From: Patescibacteria group bacterium
Lineage (GTDB): Bacteria > Patescibacteriota > Patescibacteriia > JAACEG01
Direction of reading: 5' to 3'
Length of the DNA stretch: 55,461 bases
Assembly: GCA_034660655.1 (NCBI GenBank)
Contig: JAYEJU010000056.1
Location: forward strand, 1-55,461
Made by a program: the position numbers and the translations under genes. Shown piece after piece: positions 1 through 7,984 of this stretch. The notes beneath the pieces are model-generated. The model was not told the origin of the DNA, made no database searches, and saw only the letters and a program-made list of their open reading frames with translations. Numbering within the stretch: position 1 is the first letter of the stretch; every line of letters starts with the position of its first letter.

Positions 1-1
1 T

Positions 2-250
2 GGAGCTGAAGATATTAAAAAAGATGATGATGATTTAATAATTTATACTAAAAGAGAAAAATTGCAAGAAGTAAAAGAAAAAATAGAAAAAAATAATATT
101 AAAATTGAAAGCGCGGAAATTGAATTTATTCCAAAAGAAATAAAGAAAATAACAGAACAGAAAGAAATAGAAAAATTACAAAAATTATTTGAAGCGTTAG
201 ATGAATGCGATGATGTGAATAATTTTTATACAAACGCTGATTGGGAATAA
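2..250 (+). CDS. yebC: YebC/PmpR-family transcriptional regulator, C-terminal part (5' end outside window)
   Basis: Frame is open from the window edge to TAA 248-250. The tail IESAEIEFIPKE...KLFEALDECDDVNNFYTNA matches the conserved YebC/TACO1 C-terminal domain. It sits in the classic yebC-ruvC neighbourhood. Confidence 0.8.
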   Translation, partial: GAEDIKKDDDDLIIYTKREKLQEVKEKIEKNNIKIESAEIEFIPKEIKKITEQKEIEKLQKLFEALDECDDVNNFYTNADWE

Positions 251-276
251 TTTTTGTTGATTGGGTTAATTTCTTT

Positions 277-355
277 TGTCATTCCAGCGAAGGCGGGAAT
301 CTCTAAATATAGAGTATTTTATATAAATAGATTCCCAATCAAGTTGAAAATGACA
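277..355. repeat. MITE-like palindromic element (TGTCATTC...GAATGACA family), copy 1
   Basis: Inverted termini TGTCATTCC / GAAAATGACA. Central hairpin GGGAATCT-(AT loop)-AGATTCCC. The same architecture recurs at 6833, 21573, 30796 and 51854. Confidence 0.7.
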
Positions 356-361
356 TTATAA

Positions 362-530
362 AGAAAAAGGACTACATGATAAAATCACATAGTCCTTAAA
401 AGGTTTTTTCGCCCACGGGGAGAGATTTTATCTCTCAATTTTAATCTGTTTAACAGACTAAAATTCCTTTTTTAACCCGCCGTTTATTATCTGTCAGGGG
501 AACGACGCCCCGTTTTGCTCCTCGTTTTAT
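362..530 (-). ncRNA. Candidate structured small RNA of unknown class
   Basis: GC-rich blocks in an AT-rich spacer form hairpins at 420-436, 442-460 and 497-511, plus a terminator hairpin at 367-397. Hairpins 367-397 and 442-460 have G.U wobbles only when read on the minus strand. There is no ORF on either strand. Confidence 0.35.
367..397 (-). terminator. Rho-independent terminator hairpin (minus strand)
   Basis: On the minus strand AAGGACUAUGUGAU-UUU-AUCAUGUAGUCCUU forms a 14-bp stem (2 G.U) followed by UUUCUUU. On the plus strand the same positions are A.C mismatches. Confidence 0.5.
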
Positions 531-604
531 AACATTCTATTCTTCCTTTTTTATGGGTTTATATTTTTATTTTTTAATTTTATATTATAATATAAAAATA
601 GATT

Positions 605-1114
605 ATGTTAATAGATGCGCCAAAAAATGAAATTATTTTAGGCATTGATCCAGGATTTGCGATCGTAGGTTATGGATTGATTAAAAAAGATAAAAATAAT
701 AATATTTTTGTAATTGATTATGGGGCAATTGATACTCCCACAAAAGATATTTTTCCTGATCGGTTGAAACAAATTTATGTTGAATTAGAAAATGTTATTA
801 AAAAATACAAGCCTGATATAGTCGCGGTGGAAAAATTATTTTTTTATAAAAATGTAAAAACAGCGATAGAAGTTGGGCAGGCAAGGGGGGTTATAATTTT
901 AATAGCAATTCAAAATAAACTTCCTGTTTTTGAATATACGCCCTTGCAAGTCAAGCAGGCTGTTGCTTCTTATGGTAGAGCGGATAAAAAACAAGTTCAG
1001 GATATGGTAAAAATATTATTAAATTTAAAAGAAATTCCCAAACCAGACGACGCTGCTGACGCTTTAGCAGTCGCTATCTGTTGCGCAAGCAGTTTGAAAG
1101 CAGAAAGTCTGTAA
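605..1114 (+). CDS. ruvC: Crossover junction endodeoxyribonuclease RuvC
   Basis: ILGIDPGFAIVGYG...VAVEKLFF...DAADALAVAI are the RuvC catalytic-acid motifs. Length is 169 aa. Confidence 0.9.
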   Translation: MLIDAPKNEIILGIDPGFAIVGYGLIKKDKNNNIFVIDYGAIDTPTKDIFPDRLKQIYVELENVIKKYKPDIVAVEKLFFYKNVKTAIEVGQARGVIILIAIQNKLPVFEYTPLQVKQAVASYGRADKKQVQDMVKILLNLKEIPKPDDAADALAVAICCASSLKAESL

Positions 1115-1195
1115 AATTGGAAGTTAGAATAAATTGTAATTACCAATCGATTTGGTAATATTTAATGGCTTAAAAAAAATTTAAAATTGTTAAAT

Positions 1196-2035
1196 ATGTT
1201 AATAGACACTCACACCCATACAAATTTTAAAGATTTTAAAGATGATTATAAAAATGTTATTGGCAGATCATTAGAAAATAATACTTTGTTGATAAATATT
1301 GGATCGCAAATCAGCACATCAGAAAGAGCAATTAAAATCGCTAATGAATATAATAAAGGTGTTTACGCGACAGTTGGATTACATCCAATACATTTGCAGG
1401 ATTTTTATGTTAGCGAGGGGGATATGCAGTTTAAAAGCAGAAAAGAAAATTTTAATTATGATAGTTATAAAAAATTAGCTGAAAATAAAAAAGTTGTCGC
1501 GATTGGCGAAATCGGCTTGGATTATTTTCATATAAAAGACAGGGCAGTTGATGAAATAGACGATAAGCAAGAAGAAAAAATTAAAAAACAACAAAAAGAA
1601 ATTTTTATAAAACAATTTAAGTTAGCGCAAGATTTGGGTTTGCCTGTGATGATTCATTGCCGCGACGCGCATAATGATCTGATAGAAATTTTGCGAAAAT
1701 TAAAAATAGATTATCCTAAGGCGAAAGGAGTTATCCATTGTTTTAATCAAGATTTGATTATTGCTAAAAAATATTTTGATTTGGATTTTTTAATTTCTTT
1801 TACAGGAATTATTACTTTTGCAAAAGGATTTGATTGGATAAAAGATATTCCAGAAGATAGATTTATGGTAGAAACGGACGCTCCATATTTAACTCCGAAT
1901 CCTCATCGTGGAGAAAGAAACGAGCCAGTTTATGTAAAATATATTGCAAAGAAAATTGCTGAAATTAGAAATGCAAGTTTTGAAAAAATAGCAAAAATAA
2001 CAACTAAAAACGCTAAAAATTTTTTTCAAATTTAA
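1196..2035 (+). CDS. tatD: TatD-family metal-dependent hydrolase/DNase
   Basis: MLIDTHTHT..., GEIGLDY, MIHCRDA, VIHCF and ETDAPYLTP are the TatD signature blocks. ATG 1196 is preferred over the TTG at 1187 used by the ORF track. Confidence 0.85.
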   Translation: MLIDTHTHTNFKDFKDDYKNVIGRSLENNTLLINIGSQISTSERAIKIANEYNKGVYATVGLHPIHLQDFYVSEGDMQFKSRKENFNYDSYKKLAENKKVVAIGEIGLDYFHIKDRAVDEIDDKQEEKIKKQQKEIFIKQFKLAQDLGLPVMIHCRDAHNDLIEILRKLKIDYPKAKGVIHCFNQDLIIAKKYFDLDFLISFTGIITFAKGFDWIKDIPEDRFMVETDAPYLTPNPHRGERNEPVYVKYIAKKIAEIRNASFEKIAKITTKNAKNFFQI

Positions 2036-2045
2036 TAATTTAAAA

Positions 2046-2720
2046 ATGGAGCAAGAAAAAACAAAAATATATATTGTAGCAACTCCAATCGGCAATTTAG
2101 AAGATGTAACTTTTAGAGCTGTTAAAATTTTAAAACAGGTTGATTTTATTTTGTGCGAAGACACCAGAATAGCAAAACGGCTTTTAAATAATTATGAAAT
2201 TAACACTCCAACTATTAGTTATCATCATCATTCTGGAAAGTCTAAAATAGATAGTATAATAAAATTAATCAATCAGAAAAGAGATTTGGCTTTAGTAACT
2301 GACGCAGGCACTCCTGGAATTTCAGATCCAGGAAATGAATTAATAGGAGAGATTTATAAAATGTCGTTAGATGTTTTAATAATTCCGATTCCTGGCTCGT
2401 CAGCAATTTTAACTTTAGCGTCTGTTGCTGGAATTAATATGCAAAAATTTATTTTTTTAGGATTTCCTCCACATAAAAAAGGCAGAGAGAAATTTTTTAA
2501 ACAAGTCGCAAATAGCAAAATTCCAGTGATTTATTATGAATCCCCATATCGTGTATTAAAAAATTTAGAATTGTTGCAGAAGTTTTGTGATAAAAAAGTA
2601 ATAATCGGAAGAGAGATGACGAAAATATTTGAAGAGATTGTCAGAGGCGAAATAAGCGATGTTTTAAAATATTTTAAAAATAAAAAAATAAAAGGCGAAT
2701 TTACTATAATAATACACTAA
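2046..2720 (+). CDS. rsmI: 16S rRNA (cytidine1402-2'-O)-methyltransferase RsmI
   Basis: IYIVATPIGNLEDVTFRAVKILKQVDFILCEDTR and TDAGTPGISDPG are typical of the RsmI tetrapyrrole-methylase fold. Confidence 0.85.
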   Translation: MEQEKTKIYIVATPIGNLEDVTFRAVKILKQVDFILCEDTRIAKRLLNNYEINTPTISYHHHSGKSKIDSIIKLINQKRDLALVTDAGTPGISDPGNELIGEIYKMSLDVLIIPIPGSSAILTLASVAGINMQKFIFLGFPPHKKGREKFFKQVANSKIPVIYYESPYRVLKNLELLQKFCDKKVIIGREMTKIFEEIVRGEISDVLKYFKNKKIKGEFTIIIH

Positions 2721-2736
2721 TTTTAACTAATATTTT

Positions 2737-4293
2737 ATGAAGTTTTATGTCACAACTCCGATATTTTATATTAACGCAAAACCGCATATCGGCCACGCTT
2801 ACACAACTATAGCGGCTGATGTTTTGGCTCGCTATCATAAAATAATTGGAGATAAGACATTTTTTTTAACTGGCGTTGACGAGCATGGCGCAAGTATTGA
2901 AAAAAAAGCTAAAAAAGCTAATCTTGATCCTAAAAAGTTTGCTGATAAAATTTCAGCTGAATTTCAATTAACATGGGATGAATTAGATATTTCAAATGAT
3001 TTTTTTATTCGCACAACAGAAGCAAAACATAAAAAAACTGTTCAGAACGCTTTACAATATTTGTATGATAATGGAGATATTTATTTAGGGAAGTACGAGG
3101 GGCTTTATTGTAAAGGATGCGAGCAATACAAAAGCGAAAAAGATTTAATTGATGGAAAATGCCCTGATCATCAAAAAAATCCAGAAAAAATTAGCGAGGA
3201 GTGTTATATGTTTAAAATGTCAGCTTATCAGGATAAATTGTTAGAACTGATTAAAACTGATAAACTAAAAATTAGGCCGATTGAACGCAAGAATGAGATT
3301 TTAAATTTTTACAAAGACGGATTAAAGGATATTTCTTTTTCTCGCAAAAATGTGAAATGGGGGATTCAGCTTCCTTGGGATAAAAGCCAGACTGTTTATG
3401 TTTGGGCAGACGCTTTTTTAAATTATCTAACAGGCTTGGGATGGGATGGAAATTTAAAAAAAATTCCAGAAATGTGGCCAGCTGATATTCATTTAATGAG
3501 CAAGGATATTTTGCGTGTTCATTCAACAATTTGGTTGGCAATGCTTTTGGCCTTAGATTTGCCATTGCCAAAGCAATTATTTATTCACGGTTATTTTTTA
3601 ATAGATGGGCAAAAAATGAGTAAGTCAATTGGAAATGTGATTGCGCCAAAAGATTTAGTTAAAAAATACGGGGTTGACGGAACAAGGTATTTACTTATGA
3701 GCGCTACGCCATTTGGACATGATGGAGATGTTGGCTTGAAAAAATTTGATGAAAAATATAATGCTGACTTGGCAAATGGTTTAGGAAATTTAGTGGCGCG
3801 ATCAATAACGCTTGTTGAAAAAATGCAAGATGTCGGAATAAAAATGCAAAACATAAATAAAAAATTACAAATTACAAATTCCAAATCACAAATAAATCCC
3901 AAATTACAAATTTCAAATTATAAAATTGATAAATCGTGGAAAAATTACATGGATAGTTTAAAAAATTTGCAAATAGATAAAGCAATCGATACTTTTAAAA
4001 GCGAGATTAAAATTTTAGATAATTATATTACTTCTACTAAACCGTGGGAGATGATTAAAAATAAAGATGAACAAGTCAAAGTTATAATGTATTTTATTTT
4101 AGAAAAATTACGGCATATCGCGTGGATGCTTTTGCCGTTTATGCCTGATACTGCTGAAAAAATTTGGGAAAGTTTAGGATTAGATATTACAGAAGAAAAA
4201 GAAAAAAAATTTTCAAAAGCTACAAAATGGGGCGGATTAAATCCAAAAACAAAAATTAAAAAAAGTAAACCATTATTTCCAAGAATTAATTAG
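2737..4293 (+). CDS. metG: Methionine--tRNA ligase
   Basis: Class I motifs PHIGHAYT (HIGH) and KMSKSIGN (KMSKS). A CxxC...CPDH zinc knuckle is present. Confidence 0.95.
   Translation: MKFYVTTPIFYINAKPHIGHAYTTIAADVLARYHKIIGDKTFFLTGVDEHGASIEKKAKKANLDPKKFADKISAEFQLTWDELDISNDFFIRTTEAKHKKTVQNALQYLYDNGDIYLGKYEGLYCKGCEQYKSEKDLIDGKCPDHQKNPEKISEECYMFKMSAYQDKLLELIKTDKLKIRPIERKNEILNFYKDGLKDISFSRKNVKWGIQLPWDKSQTVYVWADAFLNYLTGLGWDGNLKKIPEMWPADIHLMSKDILRVHSTIWLAMLLALDLPLPKQLFIHGYFLIDGQKMSKSIGNVIAPKDLVKKYGVDGTRYLLMSATPFGHDGDVGLKKFDEKYNADLANGLGNLVARSITLVEKMQDVGIKMQNINKKLQITNSKSQINPKLQISNYKIDKSWKNYMDSLKNLQIDKAIDTFKSEIKILDNYITSTKPWEMIKNKDEQVKVIMYFILEKLRHIAWMLLPFMPDTAEKIWESLGLDITEEKEKKFSKATKWGGLNPKTKIKKSKPLFPRIN
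3841..3935. repeat. CAAAT/ACAAAT low-complexity repeat arm embedded in frame in metG
   Basis: aaaaaattacaaattacaaattccaaatcacaaataaatcccaaattacaaatttcaaatt. Bases 3859-3877 are identical to the reverse complement of 19723-19741. Confidence 0.7.
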
Positions 4294-4366
4294 TTATTAT
4301 ATAAACAAAAATAAAAAATTTCATTGATAAAATTACGATTTTTTTATTTTGTTTAAAAAAAGAAAT

Positions 4367-5695
4367 ATGCTTAAAATCAAAAAAAGTCATTTTTTTATGA
4401 CAGTAGGATTGATTTGTTCTTTTGTTTTTATGTTTAATTTTGTTTTTGCTTGCGACACTTGCGATGACAATAGCGACAGCAACGATAGTAGTGTTGTTGA
4501 TTCTATTATTTTTTCAGGAGATAACGCCAATGTTAAATGGACTGTTAATGGGTATTCTAATAAGGGATTTAAAGTTGTTTGGTCAAAAAATCCAAATCCA
4601 ACTTATCCAACAAGAAGCGGAGATAAATATCATTATCACTCCAGTTTGAATAAAGATTCTGACACCTTAACGGCATTTGACGGGAATGGAATTTATTACG
4701 CGCGCGTATGCGAATATTTAGGTGGTAAATGCGGAGTCTATAGTAACGAAATAGTAATTGAATTATCTGATTCATCAAATAATAATAAGGAAGAAACAAC
4801 AACTAATAATCCAGTTGTATCTATTAAACTAAGAGTTGAAGGAATAAAAATAAAATGGAAAACTAATGGTTATTCCGCTAAAGGCTTTAAGATTTCTTGG
4901 TCAAAAAATCCAAATCCAACTTATCCAACAAGAAGCGGAGATAAATATCATTATTATTCAAGCCCAAGCCAGTCAAGCGACACATTAAACGCTTTTAACG
5001 GCGATGGAATTTATTATGTCAGAGTCTGTGAATATTTAGGAGGTGTTTGTCGTATTTATAGCAATGAAGTAACTATTAATTTGCAAAAAGACGAAGAAAT
5101 AAAAAAAATTGAAAATAATAGTAAATTATTAGCTGAAAATAAATTAGATGATATTTTAGCTGAATTAAAAGAATTAAGAAATTTAGTAAGAGAACAGCAA
5201 GATCAAATTAAATATTTGCGCTCTTTAGTTGACGATATGAATCAAATCACAAGTGGTATGCGGTCAGCAATTAATAACTTTATTTCTTACGGAGTTGACG
5301 AAAATACTAAATGGCTGGGCGCTGGAGAAAGAGCAGCGGTAATTTATTCTTATAAAAGTGCTTTTGGAAGATTGCCTTCCACAGAAGAAGATTTAACAGA
5401 TACAATAAAGATTGCTAATGGACGATGGCCAAGCGCTGTTAGCGAGGAAGCATTAGAACGCGCTAAAGAAAAATTTAAAGTTATTTATTTACGCGAAGCA
5501 GATACTAATAATTTTAAAGATGACGCGGCAGTTACAATTATGGCTTATGGATTAAGACAAAGATCGGAAAATAGAAATTTGAATTCAGAAAGAAATGGTT
5601 TGAAAATTTTCCAATCAATTTTTGGGCACTTGCCGGAAACAACAGAAGATTGGAATGCTCTTCAATCAATTACTTATTCAGGATCAACAAGATAA
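4367..5695 (+). CDS. Secreted or anchored protein with two tandem ~106-aa beta-rich repeats, a coiled coil and a C-terminal domain of unknown function
   Basis: N-terminal hydrophobic signal or anchor (MLKIKKSHFFMTVGLICSFVFMFNFVFAC). Duplicated module ...NGYSxKGFKxxWSKNPNPTYPTRSGDKYHY...GIYYxRVCEYLGGxC. ATG 4367 is preferred over TTG 4349. Confidence 0.7.
   Translation: MLKIKKSHFFMTVGLICSFVFMFNFVFACDTCDDNSDSNDSSVVDSIIFSGDNANVKWTVNGYSNKGFKVVWSKNPNPTYPTRSGDKYHYHSSLNKDSDTLTAFDGNGIYYARVCEYLGGKCGVYSNEIVIELSDSSNNNKEETTTNNPVVSIKLRVEGIKIKWKTNGYSAKGFKISWSKNPNPTYPTRSGDKYHYYSSPSQSSDTLNAFNGDGIYYVRVCEYLGGVCRIYSNEVTINLQKDEEIKKIENNSKLLAENKLDDILAELKELRNLVREQQDQIKYLRSLVDDMNQITSGMRSAINNFISYGVDENTKWLGAGERAAVIYSYKSAFGRLPSTEEDLTDTIKIANGRWPSAVSEEALERAKEKFKVIYLREADTNNFKDDAAVTIMAYGLRQRSENRNLNSERNGLKIFQSIFGHLPETTEDWNALQSITYSGSTR
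4529..5086 (+). repeat. Intragenic tandem duplication (period 318 nt)
   Basis: The two domain copies share a perfectly identical 58-nt core (4579-4636 = 4897-4954). The flanks have diverged. Confidence 0.85.
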
Positions 5696-5711
5696 AATAT
5701 AAAATAAATTT

Positions 5712-6224
5712 ATGATAATTTTTGATGTTATATTATTAATAATTTTAACTGTTTTTGTTGTCTGGGGATTATTTGCCGGATTTATTGAAGCGCTTGGGTC
5801 TTTAGTTGGAATTGTTTTAGGCATAATAGTTGCTGGAAAGTATTATATTGTTTTTTTTGGATGGTTTGATTGTTTTTTGCCTTTAGGAGACAGAACATTA
5901 AAAGTAATTGCTTTTTTAATAATTTTTATTTTAACAGCCAAGTTAGTCGGATTGTTGTTTTTCATAATAGACAAAATTTTTAAGTTGATTTCTATTATTC
6001 CTTTTTTAAAAACAATCAATCGTTTGTTAGGCGCGATTTTAGGATTAGCTGAGGGAGTTTTTATTGCGGGAGGATGTGTTTATATAATTAGCAAATATCC
6101 TATAAATTTATGGTTTGAAAATTCTTTACTGAATTCAAAATTATCTCCAATATTGTTAAAATTTTTTCATCCGCTTGTCGCGCTTTTGCCTAAAATTTTA
6201 CAGGAGATAAAAAGTTTGATATAA
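5712..6224 (+). CDS. cvpA: CvpA-family membrane protein
   Basis: About 170 aa with four hydrophobic helices. The N-terminus (IFDVILLIILTVFVVWGLFAGFI) resembles colicin V production protein family members. Confidence 0.6.
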   Translation: MIIFDVILLIILTVFVVWGLFAGFIEALGSLVGIVLGIIVAGKYYIVFFGWFDCFLPLGDRTLKVIAFLIIFILTAKLVGLLFFIIDKIFKLISIIPFLKTINRLLGAILGLAEGVFIAGGCVYIISKYPINLWFENSLLNSKLSPILLKFFHPLVALLPKILQEIKSLI

Positions 6225-6258
6225 TAATTTTAACCACTCATTTAATAATTAGGAAAAT

Positions 6259-6552
6259 ATGAAATGGCATATAATATCTAAATTTGGTTTAATAGGCGCG
6301 GTTATATATATAATAATATGCGCTGGTTTTTTTATTTTCGCAACTAAATTTTGCGCTATTTTATATGATGGCTGGGGCGGCTTGGCATGTGCGTATTCAA
6401 TACTTATTCCAGCAATGCCATGGATTTTATGGTGGGACAAATTATTATACTCATTTTTAATTAATTTAGTTATTTTTTATATCATTGGAACAAGCATTGA
6501 AAGGTTAATCATAAAAAAAAGAAAATCAGATTTTCAAAAACCTACTTTTTAA
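6259..6552 (+). CDS. Small hypothetical membrane protein
   Basis: 97-aa ORF with three hydrophobic segments, in line with neighbouring genes. No recognisable family. Confidence 0.45.
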   Translation: MKWHIISKFGLIGAVIYIIICAGFFIFATKFCAILYDGWGGLACAYSILIPAMPWILWWDKLLYSFLINLVIFYIIGTSIERLIIKKRKSDFQKPTF

Positions 6553-6631
6553 ATTTAACCATATTTATTTTAGAAGGTTGACAAGGATATTAATAATCAT
6601 TTAAAAATTAAAATATTAAAAATTATTTTTT

Positions 6632-6808
6632 ATGCTTAGAATTAACAAAGATATTTGCATTGGATGCGGGACTTGCGAGAGCCTTTGTCCCGAAGTTTTT
6701 GAAATGAACGACGCTGACAAAGCAAAAGTAAAACCAAAAGCGCCAAATGGAATAAGCTGTATTCAAGAAGCAATTGATTCTTGTCCAGTGCAGGCAATTA
6801 GTAAATAA
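6632..6808 (+). CDS. Ferredoxin (single [4Fe-4S]/[3Fe-4S] cluster type), 58 aa, absent from the ORF track
   Basis: Hand translation gives MLRINKDICIGCGTCESLCPEVFEMNDADKAKVKPKAPNGISCIQEAIDSCPVQAISK. It has the CxxCxxC...CP plus distal C...CP pattern of small monocluster ferredoxins. Confidence 0.85.
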   Translation: MLRINKDICIGCGTCESLCPEVFEMNDADKAKVKPKAPNGISCIQEAIDSCPVQAISK

Positions 6809-6832
6809 TTTTGAATTACAAAATTATCAAAA

Positions 6833-6976
6833 TGTCATTTCGACTGAGTCGAAGGCAAATGGAGGGTTTGTCGTTGCCTGTCCCGCAGAATTGCGGGGAG
6901 CGTAGCCGAATGGGAATCTTTTAATCTAAAGATTCTTTCCCGCCGTATGGCGGGATTTCACTCGCTCAGAATGACA
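6833..6976. repeat. Composite or nested MITE-like element (TGTCATT...GAATGACA family), copy 2
   Basis: Termini TGTCATTTCGACTGAG / CTCAGAATGACA. Inner modules are tgtcgttgcctgtcccgcagaattgcgggg, GGAATCTT...AAGATTC and tcccgccgtatggcggga. Confidence 0.7.
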
Positions 6977-7006
6977 TTAATATTATATTTAGGATTAAAA
7001 AATAAT

Positions 7007-7981
7007 ATGTTTAAAGCTAAATATGACATTATAACAATTGGCGGGGTAACCAGAGATTTTTTTGTTTTAACTGAAAAAGGCGTAATATTGAGCAAAAAAA
7101 ATATAGTTGCGAAAAAATTTTTGTCTTTTGAATTAGGATCTAAAATTTACGCGCAAAGTTTACGATCAAGCTTAGGTGGGGGTGCCTGTAATACAGCTGT
7201 TGGATTTTCAAAATTAGGGCTGAAAACTTCAATTAAAATTTGCGTTAATGAAAAAGAAGAAGGCGACTGGATTAAACAAAAATTAAAAGAGAAAAAAGTA
7301 GATATCAGCCAAGTTGTTAATACTAACAAAGAAGCTTCAGGATTTTCTTTCATAATTATTGATAGCGGAATTAAAAGCAAGGAGCATATTATTTTTTCTT
7401 GCAGAGGCGCTAACAAATATCTTAAAATAAATCCAAAAGAAAAATTTAACACAAAATGGTTTTACCTTTCCTCTTTTTCCGGCGATAATTGGCAATCACA
7501 ATTAAAAAATATTAATCAAATAATAAAAAATCAAAATATAAAATTAGCTTTTAATCCAGGTCGCAGGCAAATAAACGAAGGAATTTCAAAATTAAAATTT
7601 ATTTTAAAAAATACGCAAGTTTTGATATTGAATAGAGAAGAAGCAATAGAATTAATTTTGTTAAAACATTATTATAGCCAAGCTCCACATATTAAATTAT
7701 TGTTAAAAGAGCTATATGTTTATTCTCCAAACTTAATTATTATTACAGACGGAACTAACGGCGTTTACGCTTATGACGGAAAAAAATTTTATAAGCAAAA
7801 AAGTTTAAAAGTAAAAGTAATAGACACAACTGGAGCTGGCGACGCGTTTTCTTCGGGATTTATTTTTGGTTTTATCAAATATAAAGGAGATATTAAAAAA
7901 GCGTTAAAGCTGGGCGTAAAAAATGGAGCAAGTGTTGTTAAAAAAATAGGCGCGCAAGAAGAGCTGTTGGATATTTTTTAA
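7007..7981 (+). CDS. PfkB-family carbohydrate/nucleoside kinase
   Basis: DIITIGGVTRDFF, GGGACNTAVGFSKLG and DTTGAGDAFSSGF (PfkB signature 2). The start is moved to ATG 7007 because the ORF-track start at 6947 lies inside the MITE. Confidence 0.8.
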   Translation: MFKAKYDIITIGGVTRDFFVLTEKGVILSKKNIVAKKFLSFELGSKIYAQSLRSSLGGGACNTAVGFSKLGLKTSIKICVNEKEEGDWIKQKLKEKKVDISQVVNTNKEASGFSFIIIDSGIKSKEHIIFSCRGANKYLKINPKEKFNTKWFYLSSFSGDNWQSQLKNINQIIKNQNIKLAFNPGRRQINEGISKLKFILKNTQVLILNREEAIELILLKHYYSQAPHIKLLLKELYVYSPNLIIITDGTNGVYAYDGKKFYKQKSLKVKVIDTTGAGDAFSSGFIFGFIKYKGDIKKALKLGVKNGASVVKKIGAQEELLDIF

Positions 7982-7984
7982 TTT

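Noticed and set aside
1139-1159. The palindrome ATTACCAA-TCGA-TTTGGTAAT after ruvC as an additional TetR operator.
   Set aside because: Half-site spacing and flanks differ from the two well-matched operators, and one arm has an extra base. It is more simply a hairpin between ruvC and tatD.
4529-5086. The two near-identical repeats in the secreted protein as a DGR template/variable repeat pair.
   Set aside because: Differences between the copies are not restricted to adenine positions. Both copies are in-frame domains of one gene, and no reverse transcriptase is present in the window.
6947-7006. N-terminal extensions of the ORF-track models starting at 6947, 21635 and 30904.
   Set aside because: In each case the ATG lies inside a MITE-like repeat: the ATGACA terminus at 21635 and 30904, and an internal hairpin module (tATGGCGGGA) at 6947. 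The extra residues are repeat-encoded. Conserved N-termini begin at 7007, 21713 and 30949.
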